This document shows positions 1 to 64,000 of a stretch of DNA of 64,000 nucleotides, piece by piece (position 1 is the first letter of the stretch; every line of letters starts with the position of its first letter). The stretch is from Octopus vulgaris (taxonomy: Eukaryota): contig OX597830.1 of the NCBI GenBank assembly GCA_951406725.2, forward strand, positions 59,272,001-59,336,000, written 5' to 3'. Under the pieces are notes generated by a model. That model was given only the letters and a program-made list of their open reading frames with translations, was not told the DNA's origin and searched no databases. Both the position numbers and the translations under genes were made by a program.

Positions 1-1734
1 AGTCATCCTTGTCGTCACTATCACTAGAATTGCTACTGTCTCTTTAACAACCTGTCGGGTAAACGAATAAATATCTGTAAATAACATTTCTTCCTCCTTG
101 GTGTTAATTCTTCGATGTTCACTGCTTACTCCGACGTGAGAACCTTCAAGTGTTACATCTACACGCTACATTCAGTGGTGGGCGACATCATATCGAACTG
201 ATATAGTACATCACATCCAGCCCGCTACGCATGCATCTGATACCAGGTTTTTTCAGGGGCCCTTAAAATGCTATTGGATCCCCAATTTACTATTTTGTTA
301 CGTAGAGCCCCAAAAATCTTATCTGGACCCTTAGGGGGTAAATAGACCACGGTTGAGAACTGCTGGATTGGAAGCTCAAGTGACCAATTTCTGTAGCATG
401 ATTGTATTTGGCATTTTTCGTCATTTCTCACCACCAGCCCTTCAAGGTGGTGGACCCTTCAAAATATTTGAAAAAGGATTTCTTTCCTGAATCGGTGAGT
501 TTTGGAATCTTGGTTAAGCTACTGTTGATGGGGAAGATTGTTTCAGTGGCCTTTATACAATTGTTAGAATTTTGGTCTCCGTCCGGGATATAACCTTACC
601 ATTCTCTCTGGGAAACCATTAAATATCTTCGGAAATATCAGGCTTCCGAATTAACATTGGTAATTAAAGTTTCTTGTGGTGAACCGCCAACAAAGCTAAC
701 AAAGATGTGCCAACGCAAAGCATCAAAAGCGTTTCAAGAATTTCTTTGTCGACTCCATGTATAAGAAGATGGTTGAGCAATGTTTGAATGATGCTGGTGA
801 CAAACATGACGTAGAAATAAAACGAATATAAATTGACGGAAGTATCAAAGGGACTTTTCAAGATCGTGTTTTATTTGTTTGAAATTCCTTATGTACGATG
901 AAGTATTTCTTTTTAAAGTTCACTTTCGTCGGAGTTGTGCAGACGTTATGCTTCTATAAAACAGTGGACGACCAACTTAATGTTAAGTGTTAATATTATG
1001 TTAAAATGTTATTCCATCGAGGTCGACTTTGCCTTTCGTCTTTTCGGAGTCGATATAAGAAGTACCAGTTGAACACTGGGGTCGATATAATAGACTTAAC
1101 TCATGGGGACTATTTTTAGGAGTTCACAGCTTTTGTCGTACTTTTCTTTCTTCCTTTTTTTTTTGTCCCGTTAAACTTTTTTTGCACGAGTGCTGTGTAG
1201 CAGCTCTTGAATAGTCGATGTTATCAAAGTGAAGCTGTAGAGACAATAATGTTTCAGTGATATTGTGAAAAACGATGCTTAGGCGATGTAGTGGTAATGA
1301 TGCTGTGATCGTAATGTCATCGAGATAATGTTGCAAAGGTGATGCAGTGAATGCGAAATAATTGAGGCTTTTAAATAGTCGTGGTTTCAAATTTTGGAGA
1401 GAAGGCAGCAAGTCGATGACACCCACCCCAGTGGTACTCATTTTTATCGACACCGAAAGATGAAAGGCAAAGTCAACCTCAGCGGAATTTGATACGAGAA
1501 TGTGAAGACGGACAAAATACCCCTAAGCATTTTGCCCGGGTGCCAACGATTCTGCTAGCTCGCTGCCCGAGGCTTTTAAGTAATATTTGTTGGACCAACT
1601 TAGAATTAGATCGAACACAGGGTCAATAACAGAACGCAAAACACTGAGCTTTTCTTTCGTAGGTCAGTGGCCCTATCAATGTGGTTAGATGTGGCCTTCA
1701 TAGTTAATTTCATTTACATTTCTCTTTAATTGCG

Positions 1735-1880
1735 AAGGCGTGTAGCTTAGTGGTTAGGGTGTTGCATTCACGATCACCAGACCGCTGGTTCGATTCCCAT
1801 AGCGAGCGGCGTGTGTGAGTTCTTGAGCAAAAACGCTTCGTATCACGTCGCTCTAGTGCTGTGTGGGGACCGGCATACCA
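1735..1880 (+). mobile_element. tRNA-derived SINE head
   Basis: A box tagcttagtgg and B box ggttcgattcc, no proper acceptor stem; related copies on - strand near 11500-11680 and 18370-18522. Confidence 0.6.
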
Positions 1881-2008
1881 AAAGACAAACCCAACGTTTC
1901 CTTTCTGTCTCACAAAAATCGACTATAAGCGGTTGAAGTAGATTTTGCACTCTGACATTACCAGCAATAACTACCCCCAAACAGATCCCGCATGTGGCCT
2001 GAGTGGTG

Positions 2009-2095
2009 CAAAGATGTCACGCTCCTAGTGTAGGGAGTCAAAGATGTCACGCTCCTAGTGAAGGGAGTCAAAGATGTCACTCTCCTAGGGAAGGG
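2009..2095. repeat. 30-bp tandem repeat x3
   Basis: caaagatgtcacgctcctagtg(t/a)agggagt. Confidence 0.9.
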
Positions 2096-2548
2096 TCTAC
2101 CACCTTGAAGGGCTGGTAGTGAGAAGTGACGAAAAAGCCAAATACAATCATGCTACAGAAATTGGTCACTTGACCTTCCAATCCAGCGGTTCTCAACCGT
2201 GGTCTATTTGCCCTCTAAGGGTCCAGATAAGACTTTTGGGGCTCTACGTAACAATGGTGGGTGCAGCGACTCGCCGCCTTTACAGCGCATTCCCCTTCCC
2301 CTCCCTATTCTACTACTACTACTACTTTAATTTGGTCGATTTTTCATTCATAGAAATAACTCTAAATACCATCAATGATTCGTTTTGACCTTTTCTCTGT
2401 TAAAATTAGAAGTTTTCTCTTAAATGTGTCAACGATCTCAGTGAAATGAGTGAGAGTAAAATCTATTTTTAAGCTGGATAACATTAAAGATAATTTCCAA
2501 CAGACGAAATAATCATTGCTGCTTCACACTGGATTGTACGGTGACATA

Positions 2549-3260
2549 CAGTGATACATCGCAGTACGAGTCTAATTCGTTCCACGAGCGAGCTCGTTTT
2601 ACGATCTATTCGTTTTACAAATCAATTTTCTCCCATTGAAATTAATTAAAATATAATTAATCCATTCCGGTCCCACAAAACCACCCCAAAATCATTTTGT
2701 ATGGGCTTTAAAACAGAAAAGGTGCTGTTACAAGTAAAGTGACAACCATAAAATCCTAATAAAAGAGAGTGCCAAAGAAATATGTAAACTGGTTTTATTG
2801 ATTTAATAACAGCAGAACCTCGCAGTACGAGTGCCTCGTTGTACGAGTAATTTGCTGTTCGAGCCGAGGTTCATGCGAATTTTTGTCTTGAAGTACGAAT
2901 GACAATCCGTTATACGAGCGAGTTTCATTCAAGGGACTGCTAATCAGCCCTGAGCTTGCACATCCTCTTCCACCAAGCGCAGCCTTTGCCTTCTCAGTTT
3001 ACTGTTTATCTTGTTATAGCAGCAACCTTATTGTGTTTTACCCAGCGTTTTTTTTTTAGTTTATTGCGTTTTTTTCTATTATTTTACAATAATTAGTTGT
3101 ATTAGTCATGGGTCCATGTGCTTTAAATGCTCTTTGGATACTTCCATGTTAGAATTCTATTATTCTGCAAAATAATATTTAATTAGTTTAAATGTACACA
3201 AATGCATAATAATTTTTAATTCCATTAGACCTTCTTAAATACTATTAAATTTCATTCAAT
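2549..3260. mobile_element. pogo/Tigger-like DNA transposon fragments (two left ends, 2549 and 2810)
   Basis: TA|cagtgatacatcgcagtacgag and cagcagaacctcgcagtacgag termini. Confidence 0.5.
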
Positions 3261-3599
3261 TTTAAAAAAGATAAAATCGGACAGAACTTATGGGATGATC
3301 TGATATAAATACCAGAATACAAAATAAATAAATATCTTAGGCATAAAAACAAGAAAAGATGAGATATTAACGTGTTATAAACTTGAAACCTACTAGAATA
3401 AAACTTACTATGTGTATGAATGTATGAATAATACGAGAATTTTAATGGAGGTAAAGCTTCACTATAAGGGTACAACTGTTTTTTCACCCGTATAGGAGAT
3501 AAAGATTAATAAAATTTGGCACACGATAAAATTTGCAGATATTTTTCTTAAAACATTCACACAAGCAAATACAGAATTTACATGTTGGACATGAGATAT

Positions 3600-4895
3600 T
3601 CCATTCCAATATCCACATATTTATATTAAGAGTTTCAGGATTTCTTTATTAGGCATAAAGCCCTAAACACAAACACGGACACCACAAAGACAGACAAGAC
3701 CACAGTGAGGAGGACAAAAAACATTAAACAAATGTAACTGAGATGAAAAATCATATAAAAATGAAGATGGTCGCATGGACCCCACCCCTATGCAGAACCA
3801 TTTGAACCGGTCATTACATTATCTACAATTGTTCTTTGTTTTTTTCCTTTTTCACCATTATTTTCCATAAAACATTTTACTCTTTTTTCTTTTTCCTACA
3901 ATTTAACATACTTATTTTTCTTTTCAATTATACTTCATCAACGGTTCAATATCTCTCAGCACAACCACTGGTGGCAACTCCCTGAACTCCACCCTTGCTC
4001 CTGGTGGGTCAACACTCTCTCCGCACATCTCCTTCAACTTCCTGTAGTTACCCTTTTCAATCACTATTGCCTTCAACTCCTCTGCATATATGTATGATGG
4101 TATCTTCTTTCGTGAGGAAATCCGGCGGCTCAATTTTTACAATTGACTCAGACGACGGCTGTACTCTTCTCGAACACAACAGCAAATGTTCTGCATAAGC
4201 CCACACTTTAGAAACTCACGGACACGGAACAATAGCGTGCAGGACGGGTTCCCTATCCTGCCTGCATCTTGGACAGTCCGTATGTCTAGATTGACCATGT
4301 CATGCGAGCTTATCCCGAACGGGTAAGGCTCCTCGGTAACATTGCCAGGCCAGGGATTTTTGGAAATTATCCAAACTCCTCGGCTCGAAAGTCCTTCGGA
4401 ACAGACTGTCTTACTGGTTATCTCTGAGATCCAGGGTCTCCCCCAGGGTATTGTTGTTCCCAGCCTCTACCAACCTGCTATAGAAAGATGTGGTGGTACC
4501 AAAACCGCTGGCATTACCCGAACGACGGAACAGTAGGAGTGCTTTACGGCACTCCATGAACCATGGACCCAACCTTGATCAACGAAGGAACCAGTTTTCT
4601 CGTCCACCAAAAATTAGTGAACCTAGGAAACATCCGTTTCGCAAGCGGAGACTCGCTTATCTTACTTCGTTGTGCTGGAAAAACAGGGCACATTGAGTAT
4701 GGGAAACACTTTGCTTTTCGTGGCCGGAGGGCGGATCTGAGGACACATACATGCGGTGATCGGTCCAACATTCTGCATCACGCATATATTTGATATGGAG
4801 GACAACTTTCTGATCATGTTCACGAACGCTCACGTAATCGAGGAGATGCCACATCTTGGAGCGAAGATATCTCCAGTAGAACTTGTATTTATTGG
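3600..4895 (-). mobile_element. L1/Tx1-clade LINE 3' fragment (degenerate)
   Basis: FQKSLAWQCYRGALPVRDKL..CPRC..E.VLHA..C zinc-binding motif in broken frames. Confidence 0.7.
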
Positions 4896-5900
4896 GCTGC
4901 TAAAAAATGGTCTTCGTAATCACGAGATTGTGCTCGGCACACAGGCGCAAAAGGTGAAGACCATTGGTATTCATTTTGCCTATCCCATGAGAACCGAGAA
5001 CTCTGGGCCAGATGTTTACATTGGAACCGACTCTATCACTGAAATCTCCAAGAATACCGTTGTCTGTGCGACGTAACCTTCTCTTAACCGAGTTAAGAGA
5101 CTCGTAGAAGGTATCTTTCGTGTCTTTAATAGTGTCTAATATTGGGGAATAGACACTGAAGATAGTGGCGGGCACTTTGTTACTGAGGAGAATTCGGAAA
5201 GTCATCAGCCTTTCACTTATATCGGTTGCAACCGAAGAGATGTTCTCCAGTAATGACGAATGGACAGTAAATCCAACACCATGAATTCTATTATTGCCTT
5301 GAGGAAGGCCTTTCCAGAAGTATATGTATCCCAGTGAGAAAGCATTCATCAGGAAATCTTGTTTCTCTGAGTGCAGCGATATCCACATTGTATCGTTTGA
5401 GTTCAGAGGCGATGAGCGTGGCCCCATCATGGTGTATCAAGGTTCGTATGTTGCAAGTAGCAAAAATGAGAGGCCTTGAGGATTTTCCTTTTAATCATCG
5501 AGTACAGTGTGGAATGGCCTGCCAGGTGCGATTTCCTGGTCAGGCGAAAAAGGATTGGCGTCTTTTAGACCACATTTCATAGGCCTCTCTTCAGCCGAGG
5601 CAGGCGGTGCGAGTCCTAAAAAGGTCCACCTGGTCAAGCAGGTAGATCACGAATCGATGTGCAGTCCCAGGGTCACATCGAGTCGGCCGTCTTGCCTGCG
5701 TCACCTATGTGCAGGATCCAGACTAAGGGTTATAACATCATACAGTACCTGCTCCCGTCATCTGTTGCTAATTGCCATAGGACTTAATTGGGGAGAAGTT
5801 GAGATAAGTGGTGTGAGAACAAAACTTGCGCAGCGGAGTTGATTAGGATGGTAATGGGGGCGCGCAAGTCCCATTCGCACGCACTTCACTCTTTCTAATC
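4896..5900 (-). mobile_element. RTE-BovB-like LINE 5' fragment (AP endonuclease)
   Basis: ORF 4900..5430: YFWKG..HGVGF..ERLM..SVYSP..FYESL..ILGDF..GIGKMNTNG..LCAEHNLVIT. Confidence 0.9.
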
Positions 5901-6069
5901 TCGATCCAAGACTCCTTCATTGAAATTTCAACATCAACAACAAGGTATTTTTGTATGTATGTATGTATGTATGTATGTATGTATGTATGTATGTATGTAT
6001 GTATGTATGTATGTATGCATGTATGGATGTGCCGATTTGTATGTTGTATGTATGTATTCTCATGCATAT

Positions 6070-7170
6070 AGTTGCATATCTAGACATGCTCACATATATT
6101 TAAATGATAAACTTCTGGAAAGTTTTACAGATTTTTACAGTTCCAGTGATGGATTGGATCTGTAGCCTTCGAATTAGCTTTCGCTTTTCTGGTTTTGAGA
6201 AGCCTAATTTCTCAAGAATGGTATTTAGGCAGTGTAATACATATCCCAGTGTCCCAGTAATTACAGGTATAAACTTGAACTTGTAATCTTGATTCTCAAT
6301 AGTTCTCAATAGTTCAACGCAGATTTCTCAATAGTTCAACGTAGGTATTCTCTTTTTCACTATCTTCAGCTTTATGTTAACATCTGCTGGGCAGCTAATT
6401 TCCTTAATTGTGCAGTTTCTCTTCTCTATCCCAAGCCGTTATATCAGGTCTGGTGTGCTTACATTTTATTGACGTCTTCACTGGTACATTTCACCACTAT
6501 TCCTTTACATTTCTATTGTTAGTGGCTATGGCTTCTACCATGGCTTGCGGTTCTTATTTCTTTGTCCTCGGGATTATCCTTCCGACGGATTTCATTGTAG
6601 AGTGTTCTAGCTACAATATCATGTCTCATCGATAGATAATATCGTGATGACATTTTCGGACAATTGCTTATGATATGCGTGGCATCTTCAGTATGAACTC
6701 CACAAAGTCTGCATCGGTTGTCACAACTTACAATTTTTCTTGCATCTCTATCCCTTTAAGTATCAGGTACTTGGTTGATATTTCCTGTTCCTGGATTGCA
6801 AACGCATACCCTTGAAATTGGGAGGTAGTAATCCGGCAACAAATCCATCATAAACTTCTTTGGTGATCGAAGTTACTATCATCACGGAGCTTTCTGCTGA
6901 CATATCCATGCAGAGTCTTCTGTTCATATAGGTTCATCTTTTCATCTGATGATATGCTGCGGTAGAGTCGTGCGACCTCTTTGGGCATGTATTCTAGGTT
7001 ATCAGACAAAGAGTGTTGCTCGAGGAGCTGCCTTCCAAGTCTTATAAGGCTATCAGCCTCTTGTATGCAAGCTTGGTCAAGGGATGCACTTCGACACTTG
7101 ATAGCTAGAAAATGTTGCCGAAGGGAAATGATGCGACATTCAAAGGCATTTTGGATCGATGTTTAGCCTC
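6070..7170 (-). mobile_element. R4/Dong-like non-LTR element 3' part (CCHC + restriction-like endonuclease), abutting (TACA)n
   Basis: IQEQEISTKYL, CRLC..HIISNCPK..RHD, RPDI..EISCPAD, FIPVITGTLG motifs with stops and frameshifts. Confidence 0.8.
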
Positions 7171-7496
7171 CTATGGTATGACTGTATGTATGAATCCGTA
7201 AAAAAAAACATACGCATCAGTCAGAAAATTGTTAATAACCTGTGAATTGAACAAAAGTAACTTATGTCTTTTTTTCTTTTTGCTTCACGAGTTGTACAAA
7301 AACTTCCTTGTTACTTTAACTGTGTAAATTTAAAATCAATATTATGTATTTAAAACCTGAATTGCCTCCCTTTATATTGAAGCCGGAGTTATTTCCCTTG
7401 CAGAGGAAGTTAGATTCACTAAGGGAGATAACTGAAGGTAATTAAAAGTTTTCCGAAAACGTTTCCATCGCGTTCATATGTATAAGTTTGACTAAG

Positions 7497-7690
7497 GGCG
7501 GTGAGCTGGCAGAATCGTTAGCACGCCGGGCAAAATGCTTTGCCGGTATTTCATCTGTCTTCATATTCTGAGTTCAAATTCTGCCGAGGTCGACTTTGCC
7601 TTTCATCCTCTCGGGGTTGATTAAATAAGTATCACTTACGCGTTCGGGTCGATGTAATCGGCTTAAACCCTTCCCCAAAATTTGATACCT
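7497..7690 (+). mobile_element. tRNA-derived SINE with Deu/Nin-like core (family A)
   Basis: ggcggtgagctggcagaa..gagttcaaatt..gcctttcatcct..gat..aagtacc; other copies at 1405-1570, 16500-16710, 20925-21105, 25412-25642, 49119-49350, 54194-54424, 56754-56978, 58920-59090. Confidence 0.8.
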
Positions 7691-7994
7691 TGTACAGATG
7701 CTTCACTAAATGTCATATAGACGCTTGAGTAAATATATCTTTGCGAAGTCTTTGTTAATTTTTTAAAATAATGATTATTAAAAAAACAATTGAAAAAAAA
7801 AGAAAAAGAAAAAGATACGTGTTCATTTCCTGTCCAGTGTTTACTTGAGTTAAATTACATTGGGCTAAAAAGAAAGAATATATATATAAATATATCGTTA
7901 GCCACTACACACATTTTTTTCTCTCCTTGTTTTTTCAGTGTCCCTTTCTGTAGAAGAGCGCAGGCTCGAAACGTAAAAGACTTTTTCTATTCCT

Positions 7995-8750
7995 GAGCCA
8001 GTATGCTCTGATGGATGTGTAATGTCAGTGTGCATACTCGACAGAGTATTAAGTACCTTGAGAGAAAATTTGGACCTAAGAAGCATCAGATGTCATATGC
8101 AAGAGAGACGACTGCTCTGGTATGGCGATGTTGTGAGAATGAATGTGGATAGCTGTGTAGAAAAGTGCCACATCCTTGTGGTTGAGGGAACCTGTGGAAG
8201 AGGTAGACCCAGGAAGACCTGGGATGAGGTGGTGAAGCTTGACCATCAAACATTGGGCCTCACGAAGCAATGACTAGTGACTGAGACCTTTGGAAATATG
8301 CTGTGCTTGAGAAGACCTGGCAAACCAAGTGAGACCATAACTTCATGGCCTATGCCAGGGTGTAACCAGCCCACTTATGCGTACCTTTCCTTCATTAGAC
8401 ACTAAACTCTGCTTGCGAAGACCTGTTGAGGCAAGTGAAATCATAATCAAAATCAAATTTGATGATTAGCATCTGTGCTAGTGGAGCGCTAAGAGTACCA
8501 TACGAGCGTGATCGTTGCCAGAGCAACAAACTGGCCTCCGTGCCGGTAGCATGTAAAAAGCACCATTCAAGCCTGATTGCTACCTGCATCACCTTACTGG
8601 CACTTGTGCTTGTGGCATGTGAAAAAACATTCGAGTGAGGTCATTGCCAGTGTCGCTGGACTGGCTCCTGTGCAGGTGGCACATAAAAAGCACCATTTGA
8701 GCGTGGCCATTGCCAGTACCACTTGACTGGCCCTCGTGCCGGTGGCATGA
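7995..8750 (+). mobile_element. RTE-clade LINE ORF end plus sub-repeated 3' UTR
   Basis: RRLLWYGDVVRM..VEGTCGRGRPRKTWDEVV; 3' UTR shared with (GAT)n-tailed copies. Confidence 0.85.
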
Positions 8751-9253
8751 TTAACTTCCTACTTTCAATTTTTTGTCTATGTTAAAAAATCTTATCATTG
8801 AATTGTTTTGAAGAATTGTTAAAGCTTCAGACAAAATCCTTTAGGACAAAAGTTTCCAACTTGGCTCTGAGAATTTAATTCAAAGTTTGCAGAGTTGGGA
8901 GACCTTTCAAAATCTTAGATTTATTTAAATTTATTTAAATTAAAAGATTTTTTAACATCTCAAATGCTGAAAACTTCAGTCTTTCAGGATTTGCTCCATT
9001 TCATTACTCACTGTGTTCAAATCCTGCTGAGGTCAACTATGCTTTACATTCTTCTGAGGTCAATAAAATAAAGTACCTGGAGATGACGGTATAGAATAAG
9101 ACACCTCTCCTCAAGATTGCTGGTCTTGTGCCTAAATTAGAAACCATTATTAGTATTAATATCTTTTGCAATATCTTTGTTATGAATTCCTTTATGGTTA
9201 CCTTTACTAAGACCCAAGGTTAAACAACAACAAATACCATCAATCATCACACC

Positions 9254-9259
9254 TTTATT
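9254..9259 (-). promoter_or_regulatory. Candidate polyadenylation signal AATAAA (long isoform)
   Basis: tttatt on + strand, ~280 nt past the stop; AT-rich background makes this weak. Confidence 0.4.
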
Positions 9260-9539
9260 TTCAATTTTTGTTACACCTGTATACTCGCCTTCTCTGATCT
9301 CCTTTCCTTGCAGTACTCTCCTTTTCTTTCATCATCATAATCATCACCAACACAGCCACCAGAACTATCACCAACTATATCACATCCTTTTTATAATCCT
9401 TTTCTTTTTGGCCCAACTCAACATAATCACCACTTACAATACTGCCTCCACAACCATCATTACCACCACAATTACCAACTTGTGATCTCTCAACACATGA
9501 CCCACCTACTTATGACCCATCTACTAGTGGCACAATTAC

Positions 9540-63713
<54,174 letters not shown>

Positions 63714-64000
63714 CTGAAATATTCCATAGAATATAACAAAAAACTTATATCAAAACCTGCAATAACTAGTAAAAATATTTATTGCAGATTAGCTATTATG
63801 GAGCTGTGGATCTCGAAGCAGATAAAGCTATAAACAGTAGTGTGTAAATATTGGGTTAAAATCCCTTTGGATTGAAAAAGTTGAAGGCTGTTTCAGGAAC
63901 TGAAAACCCACATCACAATTAACCACGACAGGTGTTCTACCATTGCACCAAAACAATCTTTGATTTATTGATTCAACTTTGATTTTTGAAACTTTATACT

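Larger units (their letters stand above)
295..2254. repeat. Inverted duplication, arms 295-460 and 2090-2254, each including a hAT-like MITE end
   Basis: Arms are reverse complements by eye; cagcggttctcaacc terminus near 2184. Confidence 0.85.

Noticed and set aside
664-861. Hydrophobic 65-aa ORF
   Set aside because: Short, with no recognisable family or consistent splice frame.
1735-1810. Functional tRNA gene
   Set aside because: Has A and B boxes but no acceptor stem, and continues into a SINE body.

Overview
This is AT-rich, microsatellite- and retroposon-dense animal genomic DNA. The repeat families look like those of an octopus or other coleoid cephalopod (inference). The main feature is the 3' part of a minus-strand, strongly diverged dynein heavy chain gene (DNHD1-like). 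I traced 22 GT-AG exons from 63713 down to a stop at 9540, with every splice phase consistent (about 1,806 aa: AAA5, AAA6, lid, C-terminal domain). The gene starts upstream of the window. Four features of the gene are unusual: (i) a 93-bp LINE 3' tail inserted in frame inside a coding exon (35004-35096), with an inverted intronic copy about 1.1 kb away that could make it an A-to-I editing substrate; (ii) a ~530-aa acidic C-terminal extension of about 60 (S/L)QVDG pentapeptides on an optional-looking last exon; (iii) a tandemly duplicated splice acceptor that yields an in-frame UAG; (iv) a decayed duplicate exon. Introns and the 3' flank hold two full-length dead mariners, a maT/Tc1 fragment, piggyBac- and Tigger-type elements, and RTE, Tx1/L1, R4/Dong, CRE-like and Penelope LINE fragments. 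They also contain tRNA-derived SINEs, a tRNA-Lys pseudogene and a palindromic cluster with minimal hammerhead-ribozyme-like motifs. All calls were made by eye, without database searches.
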